Below, piece by piece: positions 38,381 to 50,814 of a stretch of DNA of 64,000 nucleotides. The stretch comes from Mobula hypostoma. Lineage: Eukaryota. Location of the stretch: assembly GCF_963921235.1 (NCBI RefSeq), contig NC_086108.1, positions 34,970,001-35,034,000 of the forward strand, read 5' to 3'. A program made the translations under genes and the position numbers. How positions within the stretch are numbered: position 1 is the first letter of the stretch; each line of letters begins with the position of its first letter. Under the pieces are notes generated by a model. The model was not told the origin of the DNA. It was given only the letters and a program-made list of their open reading frames with translations, and did no database searches.

Positions 38381-41300
38381 GGAGGATGACACAACTGTGG
38401 CTGATGAGGGAAGTCAAAGACAGCATAAACTCAAAAGAAGGGGTCATATAATACAGGGAAGTTAAAGGATTGGGAGACATTTTAAACAATCAACAGAAGG
38501 CAATTAATAAAGCCATTGGAAAGAAAAGATGAAATGTGAACATAAGCTATCCAATAATATAAATCAGTATACCAAGTTTTTTTTCCAGATGTATAAAGAG
38601 TAAAAGTCAACCCATCATATGACGCTCAATGGAAAAACATTGAGGAGGGGATACTTCCCATCCCCATACAGGCAATTTTGGCTGATAACAACCTACAAAG
38701 TTACATAAATACTATTGATAACCCGTGGGTGAAATGGACTCTTAAAATATGGAAAGCTATTATAAAAGAATATAAACTAGAGAGAGACATTGCAATTCTT
38801 AAATGGTGTGCATGTGACTCTGATTTTAGACTGAATAAACTGGATGCTAGATTTAAGGTCTGGACAGCTAAAGGAGTAACAGCTATTTGCAATATAATGA
38901 AAGAAGGAACACTGTTCAGTTTTGAAATGCTCGAAGAGAAACACTTATTAGAAAAACAAGACTTTTACCAGTATTTACAGATGTGACGGTATGTTAATAG
39001 GATGGTTAAAAATGTAACCAAGGCAAGTACATGTCTGATACAGCTATTTAGAAAAGCATATAATTCAGACAACGGTAGTAGAATCATCTCAAGCATGTAT
39101 AAGGGTTTGTCAAATCTTAAAACATATTCAACTTCATACAGTAAAACAAAATGGGAGAAGGAGGGAGGGATAATATATCTGAGGAAGACTGGACACTAAT
39201 GTGGAGGTATCAATGGAAGTGTACCAGTTCACAGAAATGGAGGGAGTTCAGGTGAAAAACTTGATAAGATATTTTACTACATCCTCTCAGAAATCCCATT
39301 ATGATAGTAACTCCCACTGTTTGCTGGAGAAATTGTGGAAATCAAAATGCAAACCATTATCATATTTTCTGGGAATGCCCTGTTATCAAAGACTATTGGA
39401 ATGGGATACATGATGCCCTATAAGACATCTTTAAATGTGAAATACCTTTAGAGAGTAAGACCATATATTTTGGGTATATACTTCAAGAATGGTTGAAAAG
39501 AGATAAATATTTAATGAATGTACTGCTGGTGGCTGGTAAAAAGACCCTTACCAGGAAATGGATATCACAGGAGAGCCCAACTTTAAATGTATGGATGGAA
39601 ATTACAATGGACATTTATAAAATGGAGAAGATAACAGCATCTGTTAATCATAAGTTGGAACAATTTTATTCATATTGGGAAAAATGGTTTAACTACATAA
39701 CACCTCATAGGCCTGATTTTATTCTCACAAGTCAATGAATATGTTGTAAAAAAAAAGATCACTCCCTCCTCTGTACATAGTTTTCTTCTTTCAATTGTTC
39801 TTTCTTTCCTCTCTATGTGTATACCTCAGATAACTATTATGTGGAGATTTGACAAATATGATTATATGATATATATGTACAGTATCTGAAATATATCTTA
39901 TGGAAATGTTTGAAATTCAATAAAAAATAAATTGCAAAAAAAAATAGAATAAAAATGAGGCGAGAGTGATATTGGATCATTGGAAAATGATACTGGAGAT
40001 GTAGTAACGGGGGTGAAGAATTGGTGGATGAACTTTAAGTATTTTGCATTAGTCTTCACTGTGGAAGATGCTAGTGATATGCCTTAAGATTTCAAGAATT
40101 GCTGGATTTTGGAATGGTTATGGAGGATTGGAAAACTGCAAATGTCACTCTACTCTTTAAGAAGGGAAGGAGACAGAAGGAAGGAAACACTAGACCAGTT
40201 AACCTGACTTTAGTGGTTGGGAAGATGTCGGAGTCCATTATTAAGGATGAAGTTTCAGGGTACTTGGATGCACATGATAAAATAAGCACAAATCCGCATG
40301 GTTTCCTTAAGGGCGAATCATGCCTAACATAATTGTTGGAATTCTTTGAGGAAATGACAAGCAGGATAGACAAAGAAACATTTGTGGATGTGGTAAACTT
40401 GGATTTTCAGAAGGCTTTTGACAAAGTGCCACACATGAGGCTGTTTAAAAAGTTAAGAGCCCATGGTATTACAAGAAAGATACTAGTGTTGAAGGTTGGC
40501 TGTCTGGCATGAGGCAAAGAGGGAGCCTTTTCTGGTTGGCTGCCAGAGACTATTATTCTACAGTGGTCGATGACCACTTCTTTTCATGGTGTTTGTCAAT
40601 GATTTGGATGACAGAATTGATGGAGTTGTGGACAAGTTTGCAGATGATATACAAGGTAGGTGGAAGGGCAGATAGTCTACAGAAGGACTTGGACAGATTG
40701 GTAGAATGGGAAAAGAAGTGATAGATGGAATATAGTGTAAGAAAGTGTATGGTCATACACTTTGGTAGAAGGAATAAAGGTGTAGAATATTTTTGAAACA
40801 GGAGAGGAATTCAAAATTCAGAGATGCAAAGGGATTTGGAAGTCCTCGTGCAGGATTCCCTACTGCTTAACTTGTAGGTTGAGTCAATGGTAAAGAAGAC
40901 GCGCAATGTTACCATTCATTTTGAGAGAACTAGAATAGGATGTAATGGTGAGGCTTTATAAAGCATTGGTTGAATTGCACTTGGAGCATTGTGAGCTGTT
41001 TTGGGTGCCTTATCCAAGAAAAGGTGTGCTGGCGTTGGAGAGGGTCCAGAGGAAGTTCATGAAAATGTTTTTGGAAATGAGAGGGTTAATGTATGAGGTG
41101 CCTTTAATGGCTGTGGGCCTGCACTCACTGGAGTCTAGAAGAATGAGGGGAATCTCTATCCATCGAATGTTGAAAAGTCTAGATAGAGTTGTCATGCAGA
41201 AGATATTTCCTGTGTGACAGTCTAGCACCAGAGGGCATAGCCTCAGAATAGAGGGACATCCATTTAGCGATGAGGAGAAATTTCTTTAGCCAGAAATGAA

Positions 41301-41500
41301 TCTATGGAATTCTTTGCCACAGACAGTTGTGGAGACCAAGTTTGGGTATGTTTAAAGCAGAGGTGATGAGTTCTTGATTAGTCAGGGCATCAAAGGTTAC
41401 GGGGAGAAGACAGAATGGGATTGAGAGGGATAATAATACAGCCATGATGGAACTGACTCGATGGGCTGAATAGCCTAATTCTGCTCCTCTGTTTTATCGA
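38380..41500 (+). mobile_element. Decayed CR1 LINE interrupted by an L1-like insertion
   Basis: EDWKTANVTLLFKKG, DFQKAFDKVPH and LERVQRKF motifs; CR1 3' UTR at ~41440-41500. Confidence 0.8.
38607..39944 (+). mobile_element. L1/Tx1-clade LINE 3' portion
   Basis: ORF2 C-terminal zinc knuckle CWRNCGNQNANHYHIFWECP at ~39322; AGKKTLTRKW; AATAAA and A-rich tail. Confidence 0.85.
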
Positions 41501-41519
41501 CTTTGGATTAAACTCTATT

Positions 41520-42500
41520 TTCCATTCTTCAGTCCACATACTCAGTTGAGTAAGGTTTCTGTAAATTTTGATAACTTTCTTTATTCTTCACTATACTACC
41601 CATTTTAGTGTCTTCTGCAAACCTACTAACTAAGCCTTGTACGTTGTTATTCAAACCATTGAAATGCATGACAAACAATGGTCCTAGCAGTGACCCCTGA
41701 AACGTACCATAAGTCAATGGCCTATCACCCTCTACTACCTGCTGTTAAGCCAATTGTGTATCCAATTAGTTAACTCTCCTTGGATTCCATGTCTTCTAAC
41801 CATTCAGAGCAGTCTATCACTGGAATTTTATCAAAGCATACTACAAGGCTATGCCCCTTTCCCTGCATAAAGACGGAAGCTGAAGCATGAGAATTCAGTA
41901 CAGAAAATTTTCAAGTATGGTCTGAGGAAATAAGTGAGCTGTGTGACTTCTTTGAATCGGTAGACTGGTCCATGATCAAAGACTCAACAGTCAGCCTGGA
42001 TGAGTATGTCATCTTCATCATAGACTTTATCAAAATTGTGTTGAGGGCTGTATACCAAAGAGGGCCACCCGGATGTTCCCAAACCGGAAATCATGGATGA
42101 ATGAGGAGATTCACTCCCTACTGAAGTTCAGGGCTGTAGCATTCAAATTGAGTGACTTAGATCTTTAGAAGGAATAAAAATATGACCTCTGTAAAGCTAT
42201 TAGGAATGCCAAGAGATGTCTGAAATCAAGTTCCAGACCAGCCATCAGTTTTAGTGGTGCTTATGTGCTATAAAGGGCTTCAATATGAGGAGCATTGCAA
42301 ACAACAATAGCGTATTCCATCCAGATGAGCTTAATGCTTTCTGTGCATGTTTTCCCCAGCCACCCCTGCCAGCCTCCATGCACCTAAGCGCTTAGTCACC
42401 ACCTGATCAATTTGGAGAGCGAATCCACAGAAAGCATATGGCCTGGGTGATGTTGCTGGCTTTGTCCTTGAACTACATAGAATTTGAGGGTATTGAACAT
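41520..42500. mobile_element. CR1 RT scrap (minus) next to an old Rex1-type fragment (plus)
   Basis: QGSLLGPLF..RFAEDTK on minus; FESVDW, FPNRKSWMN and PDELNAF on plus. Confidence 0.6.
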
Positions 42501-43440
42501 GATCATCTTGAATGTTACCTTTGGTCCCTACTAGACACTCGGCTCGCATCTGTGGCTCCAAGTAGCTGTGTGTAACAGCAGTCACACCTTGATGCACCAC
42601 TTCGACAGGTGGGCTAAAATAAACCATGTAAGGGGAGCCGGGGACATGTGAGATGGGGACATGTCTGTCCTAGCATGCAAAGTTAGCTCTGGCAGACTGG
42701 ACAGGTGAGATCTAGAGTGAGGTCCAATGGCCAGGGATGCTGTGTGGAGAGTAAATCATATGACGAGGCACAGAGCAGTCATAGTCATCCACTGCAACCA
42801 GCAAAGACCAAAGTTTTGGCATTTATTTGTCCCACTGGACCTGGATGTCAGAGGTAGAGAGTGGAAATGCCCCAGTGCGATGGCTTTAGCACTTTAAAAA
42901 CTTTTCCCCCTCGATTTCTTGTCATCGTCAGATATTGAGGACAGCCACCAGTAGTATTGGTAGTGTTCTACTTTGTTCTGTATTTCATTTAAATACATAG
43001 TTTGTTACTCAGTTAAATGGTATTTGTCTTTTTATACCTTAATATTTCCATGAAACTGGCTGATTGGGAGAGCTGCTTAATTGAGCCAAAATGTACGGGT
43101 CCCAATGGGCCTCAATTAATTGGAATCCACTGTATTTACTTAAGGGTGCTTGGAAAATAGCATAAAATAGAAAATAAATCATTTACAACACTAAGGGACA
43201 AAAAGCTTCGGTGATGTAGCTTATGGTCACGTATATTGTTTGAAAATAACTTCAACGAAAAAGTAAGGGATTGTGTGAAGGGTAACACAAAAATCAAAAT
43301 AACTTTAATCTTGTACACTGGGGACATCGATTAACAAGATTAGTTCAGATTCATTCTGAGTGCATTTAGGCTATATTCCCAGGAGAACTTGTTATGAAAC
43401 CAACTTGGAAACAGATGAATGATTTTACTATGTAATTGAT

Positions 43441-43755
43441 CCTTCCAAGAATACCACAACCTAGTGATAGTTAGGAGGCTTGCTTGCCTCACTCACCTGG
43501 AGATCTATGTTGGCTGGAGTCAGGGCCTTGTGCCTTGGCTCTTGGCAGGGTCACCCATGCCAAACAGGTCAAAGGGTAGAGGCCAGACCAAGTGGTCCAC
43601 CAGACCTCCAAGTTTGGGGGTTCATCTTGGGTCTAACAACCCTGACTGCTCAAAAAAATTTGTTGCAGAACCAGCAATGAAGAATTCTTCTATACAGTCA
43701 GAGATGGAGGATCTTCATTAATGCTCTGAATGCAAATAGTGTAACAGGCAGAAAC
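43441..43755 (+). mobile_element. RTE-derived bipartite non-autonomous element
   Basis: Rex3/Expander-like 5' UTR phrase (GGCAGGGTCACCCATGCCAAACAGGTC); second copy at 26165. Confidence 0.6.
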
Positions 43756-43914
43756 CTAATGGCCTATGTAATTGATCAAGGTCAATCAAACAGTAAAGAA
43801 CCTTTTGGTAGAATTGCAACCACAATATAACAACACTTTTCCTGATCTAGTTTTATAAACTCCACTTTCTTGGTAAAAATTATTACATTCACGGTTGAAG
43901 TACAAATGCATTTT

Positions 43915-44229
43915 GAATGTTTATGGTTCAATAGTTCAATTTAATATCAGAGAATGTATACTGCATGCAACCTGTGAAATTCTCACTCTATCTCTTTAAA
44001 AAAAATCCCAGAGTGAATGACAGAAATGTCAGAACCTCAAAGTCTCCCCTCCCATGCACAAGCAGCATGAAAAGCATCAACCATCCCCTCCCACTTGCTC
44101 CAGCAAAAGTTTCGATCCACTTCCCCCCACCATGAAAACAGTAGCAAAGCCCCCCCTCCCCCCACCCACAGAGACCTAATCTAGAGTCAATCCAAAACTA
44201 CTGTACTTAACCCATACACTTCGGTATCT

Positions 44230-44318
<89 letters not shown>

Positions 44319-44739
44319 TCCCTCTCCCTCTCCCTCTCCCTCTCCCTCTCCCTCTCCCTCTCCCTCTCCCTCTCCCTCTCCCTCTCCCTCTCCCTCTCCC
44401 TCTCCCTCTCCCTCTCCCTCTCCCTCTCCCTCTCCCTCTCCCTCTCCCTCTCCCTCTCCCTCTCCCTCTCCCTCTCCCTCTCCCTCTCCCTCTCCCTCTC
44501 CCTCTCCCTCTCCCTCTCCCTCTCCCTCTCCCTCTCCCTCTCCCTCTCCCTCTCCCTCTCCCTCTCCCTCTCCCTCTCCCTCTCCCTCTCCCTCTCCCTC
44601 TCCCTCTCCCTCTCCCTCTCCCTCTCCCTCTCCCTCTCCCTCTCCCTCTCCCTCTCCCTCTCCCTCTCCCTCTCCCTCTCCCTCTCCCTCTCCCTCTCTC
44701 CCTCTCCCTCTCTCCCTCTCCCTCTCTCCCTCTCCCTCT

Positions 44740-44824
<85 letters not shown>

Positions 44825-45420
44825 CTCCCTCTCCCTCTCTCCCTCTCCCTCTCTCCCTCTCCCTCTCTCCTCTCTCCTCTCTCCCTCTCCCTCTCCCTCT
44901 CTCCCTCTCCCTCTCTCCCTCTCCCTCTCCCTCTCTCCCTCTCCCTCTCTCCCTCTCCCTCTCTCTCTCCCCCTCTCTCCCCCTCTCTCCCTCTCTCCCG
45001 CAGCAATGAGAGTGGTACACCAGCAGCTCGCTGTTGCCATCTGCCACATTGCTTCTCAGAGTCCCCCAACTCAAGGACCAAAAGGGTCTCACTCACCATT
45101 GAGAGAGAGGATCACTCAAGTGCAGGGGCGTACTGTCTCGATGTTTCAGTCTCCGAGGTGCCTCAGTTAGTGACATGGGCAAGAAAACAGGTCGTTCACA
45201 TCTTCCAGGCCGCATCTGGAGATATCAAAATGCCAGGCCACACAGTGAGTCCGAGAGCAAGAACCCATCGCCCATGGAGAACCCTGGTTTGAGCTGTATA
45301 TCATGGATTCCGACAGAACCCCAGCCTCCTTGAGAAGAAAAGAAACGTGAGTAAAGAGGAGTAAGCTGTTTCATGGACGAACTTGAAGCAATCACCTGGG
45401 TTTGCAAGAACCATCTTTTC
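43915..45420 (-). mobile_element. Non-autonomous LINE-derived element hosting the long microsatellite
   Basis: Minus strand starts AAGATGG and ends with a GT-rich 3' region and (TTGAAC)-like tail. Confidence 0.45.
44233..44999. repeat. ~770-bp pure polypyrimidine compound microsatellite (TC)n/(TCTCCC)n
   Basis: Directly visible: only C and T on the plus strand. Confidence 0.99.
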
Positions 45421-47039
45421 TAGCTCCTCCCTACGTTCTGGCATTTTTGATTTGAATGATAAATTATCATCACAAATCAGGTTAGGCTCTTGAGGCACTG
45501 TCCAAAGCCCATTGACTGCCAAATTGTGAATTTTATTGCTTTTAATACTTAAAATTCTCATACTGGGGACATCAATAGTAACACTAATAGGTGTTATCTG
45601 TTACCAGAGTAATTGCAGTTGTTGTGATTAGCCATGTGGGCTGGGTTGGTAGCCTTAGCCCTTGAATTGGGTATGTATCAATCAAAGATACTGTTCCTAG
45701 CAAGTTCAGAAACAGTTTCCAATCCAGAACTCTGAATGTCTTTAACCTTTGAAATTCTGAGCCTGTTACCATGATAAGGTCTTTGTGCCACACTGTCATG
45801 CCCAGGACTGCTGTTTTGACTGTCAACTTCCTTGACACAGGATCATTCTAAGTAGCCACCACAGCTTTTGCTACAGCTCCAAAGTTGTTGCTTACTGCTG
45901 TCAGAGCAGCAACAGAGCCACTTATGGAGGAATCAAGAGTTCAGTATGAATTGCCTGTGGAAAGAAAGCAAGTAATATACTGTAACTGGTGGTGGTTAGT
46001 CATATGACTATCCCACATACCAAAGAACGTCAAGAGATGTCAGGAGAAGTTAACGCAAGTTTTTTTTTGTTTGTGTAGGCAACAATCTGCTGACATGCTG
46101 CCCCTATATTCATGTACAACATAAAAGCTGCTCACATGCAGCATCCTCCTATCCCTAGAAGATGAACTGCTTCGAGATAGCATCTTTACATCTTAAAAGC
46201 AAAAATTTTTGCCATCCACATCTCTCTGTGCAGGGCTATTAGGCTGCATGTTAAAAGCACAAGGCTGTACTCGTTTAGCAGAGATCAGGATGTAAAAGCC
46301 TAAATAAGTTTGAACTTTGTGTGGCTTCTGCCTGTGCTTCCACCTCAGCTGATGCCTGCATCAATAAGTGTTGTATGAGGTGTTGATACTAAGCCCATGC
46401 AAACCTATCCTTCTGGCCACCAGAGGATAGCTCATGGCACCTTGGCTCCAGCCAAACTGCTGTAGGAGCCTGCAGGTGGATTCCTCCATGGTCCTTGTCA
46501 TCTCAACATTACATCAGGTAGCTATGACAGCATACTTGCCATTTCCAAATGCAATTACATTAGCCCTGTTGAGGTAAGCACTTTGACTGAAGACACACTT
46601 GATTCCCTTTGCCTGCTGGTACTCTCCCAATTGCCAAAGTCAAATGTCCTAAGATAACATTTTGATCTTTCATTGTGCCTCTCTGAGTTGATGCTATGGA
46701 CTATGTAGCATAATGATACAACGTGTACATCTTCAGTTTTTTTCACTTTCCCATCTCATATCAGTATCTCCTTGGCTTTCTCCTGTGACCTTTCTTGCTC
46801 TGCCCTTCCCTCCACTATTGCCTCTAACTCCTGCTACTCCATTTATTCTTCTGAGGAGTGGGTTATCTCAGACCTGCATTGATACTTTGCAAGTTTAAGA
46901 AAAAGACATAGTGGGATGTAAAAAATGTGGTATCTAGGGTTTTGTTAAATAACATCCGGAAAGCATACAAACAAAAGCTTGTCATTGTATTCAGTACATG
47001 TGACAATAGTAATCTATAACAGTACTATGGATGTCAGAA

Positions 47040-47300
47040 GGCTGTGCACTTATCTACCCCCTTGCTTTTTGCAACAATTTGAAGTCTGAATATTGGGTGT
47101 GACTGAACACCTCAGTAAAAGTCTTGTCTATGATATTCTCCCAGATGGTCCTGAGTACATCCAAATCCAGTTGCAGTTCCTTGACTCAGCCTGTCAGGAG
47201 TTGCAGTTGGTACACTTCCCACAATTGTAGTCATCAGGGATGCAATGAGGCTCCCTGACTTTCATCATCTTAACATTCCACTATCTTAATTGCCATCCTG
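47040..47300 (-). mobile_element. Decayed CR1 ORF1 N-terminal zinc-finger remnant
   Basis: Minus strand MAIKIVEC...REPHCIPDDYNCGKC. Confidence 0.55.
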
Positions 47301-47713
47301 CCTACATTGAATCAAGTCCTAAGGATTAACAGCAAGGATAAAAACCTTACTCATTCTTAATTGTGCCCCTTCACTAAGGCCTCAGCTCTCAATCTCACAA
47401 TTTCTGCTCCATAAGGCCACTCCATTTAACCTTGCTTTCTATTTGTTAAAGGGCCCACCAATCAATGGGTTCTGCCCTCTTAAAGTTCCTGCTCTAACTT
47501 GCAGCACCTAAGGCACTTACTCATTTTCCTCATACCAAAGCATCTCCACTCAGCTCATTGTCACGGTGGTCACTCCACTTCATTCAACTATTTTATTGGC
47601 TGTGGCTAATTGTCAGATCACCTATTAACTTGCAATTAGTTTAGTGTCCTGTAAACAAACTCAAATCATGAGACTCGCCTTTTTTAAATTCTCTCGTTCT
47701 AAATCCCAAGTCC

Positions 47714-49739
47714 GCTGGCTGCACACGAATTAAGGCGTGCTGAGTGCCGGGGAGTTGGAAAAGAGCATGGAGGCTGCAACTGCTGAGTTGATGAAGAAAA
47801 TATCCTGTAGGATGAACAGATCGACGGATAGTGAAAGTGAGTTTGAGATGGAGGAATGGAGTGAAGAGAGTGGGGAAAGGAAACCGAGGTATGAGATGTC
47901 AAACTCTAAGGAGTCAGGGGACAAACAAAATAGGATAGCAAAACAATGGAAAGAAGATGAGATTAAAGCAATTATAGCACTGAGTGAAGACAGAGCATCT
48001 TTTGGTGAATGGAACCTGATTCATTTGATGAAGATAATCAACAAATTTATAGGTGAAGTCAAAAGACCGAAGATTTGATGAAATGGATTGCTATTAGTGA
48101 TTTATTGGGATGGTGCTCAACAAGGCAAAGTGATAAGATTAAATAAAATAGATGGCAAAAAAGTATAATGCTCAATACCCAACAATAGAAAGTGGACTAG
48201 AGGAGTTATTCTGGGGATACCAACAAAAGTTACTATGGATGAGATTAACAGAACATAAAAGCAAAAATTATTGAGGCCAAACGTTTGAAAGTTATAAGAA
48301 ATGGGAAATAGTGTGATAGTTTATCGGTTATGATCAACTTTGATGAAGAGAGATTGCCGACTAAAGTTTATTCAGGGTATATGTGTTATGAGGTCAGAAT
48401 ATATATACCACCGCCTTTAAGATGCTTTGAATGTCAGAAATTCGGGCATATTGCGGCGGTCTGCAGAGGGAAACAAAGATGTGGAAGATGCGCTGGAGAA
48501 CATGAATATGGGAAATGTGAGGCGGGAGCTAGGCTGAAATGCTGCAATTGTGGTGAGGAACATAGTGCAGCTTATCAAGGGTGCATTATTAGCAAGAAAG
48601 AAGCTGAGATACAACATGTAAAAGTAACTCAAGGGATCAGTTATGTAGAGGCAGTGAAAGTATTTGCTGGAAAAAAGAAGGCTATCAAGCAAACAAATAC
48701 AGGGAATAATAAACCGGTGAACTGTGAGGGTTGTAATATAAATAAGGACAGACTAATTATGAGTAAGAAGGATTTCGTACTGTTTATGGTAGATGCAATT
48801 AACTGTTCAGCGTAAACAGACAAAAGAACCGAAAAAATTAAAATTATAGTCAAATCTGCCAAAAAATATCTTGGTATTACAGGGCTTAGGTGGGAAGCAG
48901 TCAAAGATGTGCTGAATGGAGGATCAAACTGTTCACAGGCAGGAGATGCGAAAAAATTAATGGCTGTGTGTGTATATATATACACATATACACACACATA
49001 TATATTACAAGGGAATGCAAGGAGTATTATTGCAAATGATCAAGAATTTACGAAATATGTACCGGAATTTAAGGAAAAAAACCCTCAGATTTTATGTTAC
49101 AAGAAACATGGTTGAAACCCAGGGTAAATGTGCGGAACTCCATCAACAAATAGAAGTACTCAATAAGAACAACTGTGAGTTGGAAAGAGATTGGACGAAA
49201 CGGTACTGCATTTAAAGGAGACGATTTCTGAAAAAGATGCTTGTTGTCAAAAATTCAGTGACATGGAAAACAGATTAAAAATGGAGGAACTTATTCCAAA
49301 GTTACAAAAGGAAAAAGGAATTTGCAAAGTGAATGATCTACATTTGGATTATAAAATGAAAACATGGAAACAATTGAGGAAGAATTTCAAGATCTCAATA
49401 AACAACTACAGGCTTTGATTCAAGAAAAGGAAAATTTGGAAATAGCAGATAGACTTAGAAAACAACAATTTTAAATGTTAAGCATGCGATAATGAATAAT
49501 CTCAAGCAAGAAGCTTTTAGTTTTACAAATGATTCAAATGAAATTAATGTAATTTGAGGCAATGCAATTATTTGGAAACCACATGACAAAATTTGAGAAG
49601 GAAAACAATCTGCGGCATTGCTATTTAATGAGCACATACAGCATTTGCAAGCGGAATTATAATTGATTCTATATCCTGCAGAGGGCAGTAATACGCCTAG
49701 ATGTGTCTAAGCTGCCGGAAATAGAAGAAGAAGAAGTCG
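47714..49739 (+). mobile_element. Nimb/I-group LINE derivative: ORF1, ORF2 stub, foreign insert, 3' end
   Basis: ORF1 with three CCHC knuckles (CFECQKFGHIAAVC, CGRCAGEH, CCNCGEEHSAAYQGC); ORF2 stub ILQGNARSIIAN...QETWLKP; (GAA)n tail; TSD TCCCAAGTCC at 47704-47713 and 49740-49749. Confidence 0.85.
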
Positions 49740-49946
49740 TCCCAAGTCCTGTAAAGTGAGCCCCACTTGTAGAAGATATGCAGAAGGAAATGCACTGTTT
49801 GATCCAATGTGCCATTCGGATAGAAGAACAAAGAAAGAAGATTGTAATCTATGATTGAATAAACAAAGTAAATTAGCTTTCACTTTGGTTTTGTTTTATG
49901 TTTTGTATATCTCGGATATCAACACTCAATTTGCTGCTTTTTTAAA

Positions 49947-50660
49947 CAGTGGATTCTGGTTAATTACACATCGGTTCCAGTACATTTTGGCCCAATTAAG
50001 CGGCTGCCCCATTAGCCAAAGTTTCATGGAAGTGGTTAAAAAGGTATAATAAGACAAACTATCATTTAACCGTTTAACAAATTATGTATTTAAATGAAAT
50101 ACAGAACAAATTAGGACACCACCAAAACTACTACACCACCAAAACTGAGGGTTCCTGATGGTTATTGACAGGGGAATTAATCCAGTTTACACTGCTATGT
50201 TCTTTTGATTGTACATGAATAAAATCATTGCAGATACCTAGTGCGGACAATGGACTGCCTTCAAATCTTCATTTTCATTGTAACATTCAAGATGCTTGTT
50301 GATATGTTTTTACATTTTTCATAGTTCCTAACTTGAAGTAGTAAAATTGTTTCATTTTCCCTCCTGGCTGATTCTGACATCTCAAAGCCTGAATGCTTGA
50401 AACTGCAGTGAGCAAAACAGTTCTGAATTGTCTTGCTGCTTATTTCTCACCAACTGTCAATGACAAAAATAACTTGCTTTTTTTTAAGCACAAACTCATG
50501 GTTGTGACGCTATTTTAAAAACTTCACTCTAAGCATGGTGCAGTGTCTAACAGCCCAACGGCATGCATGCAACTGATGCTCACAGTCTGCTGTCCCAATT
50601 AAGTGGCATAGTGTCCCAAATAAAGGGAATCCTGGCTATTGTCTCAATGTGTTCTTGTTC
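49947..50660 (+). mobile_element. Tigger-like non-autonomous element (related pieces at ~42950-43132 and ~60010-60510)
   Basis: Terminus CAGTGGATTCTGGTTAATT; reverse-complement termini AATCCACTG|TA at ~43132 and ~60510; shared internal sequence. Confidence 0.65.
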
Positions 50661-50814
50661 TTCCCCTCTGCCATCCGATTCCTAAATGGACTTTGAAGCT
50701 TTGGACACTACCTCACTTTTTTTTAATATACAGTACTTCTGTTTTTGCACATTTAAGAAAAAATCTGTTCAATATATGTAATTGATTCACTTGTTATATT
50801 TATTATGCTTTATC

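Noticed and set aside
44176..45099. Long RG/ER/GE-repeat ORFs
   Set aside because: Stop-free by-products of the microsatellite; open in all three minus frames.
45500..46900. Possible decayed Harbinger-like or pseudogene sequence
   Set aside because: No motif could be recovered with confidence.
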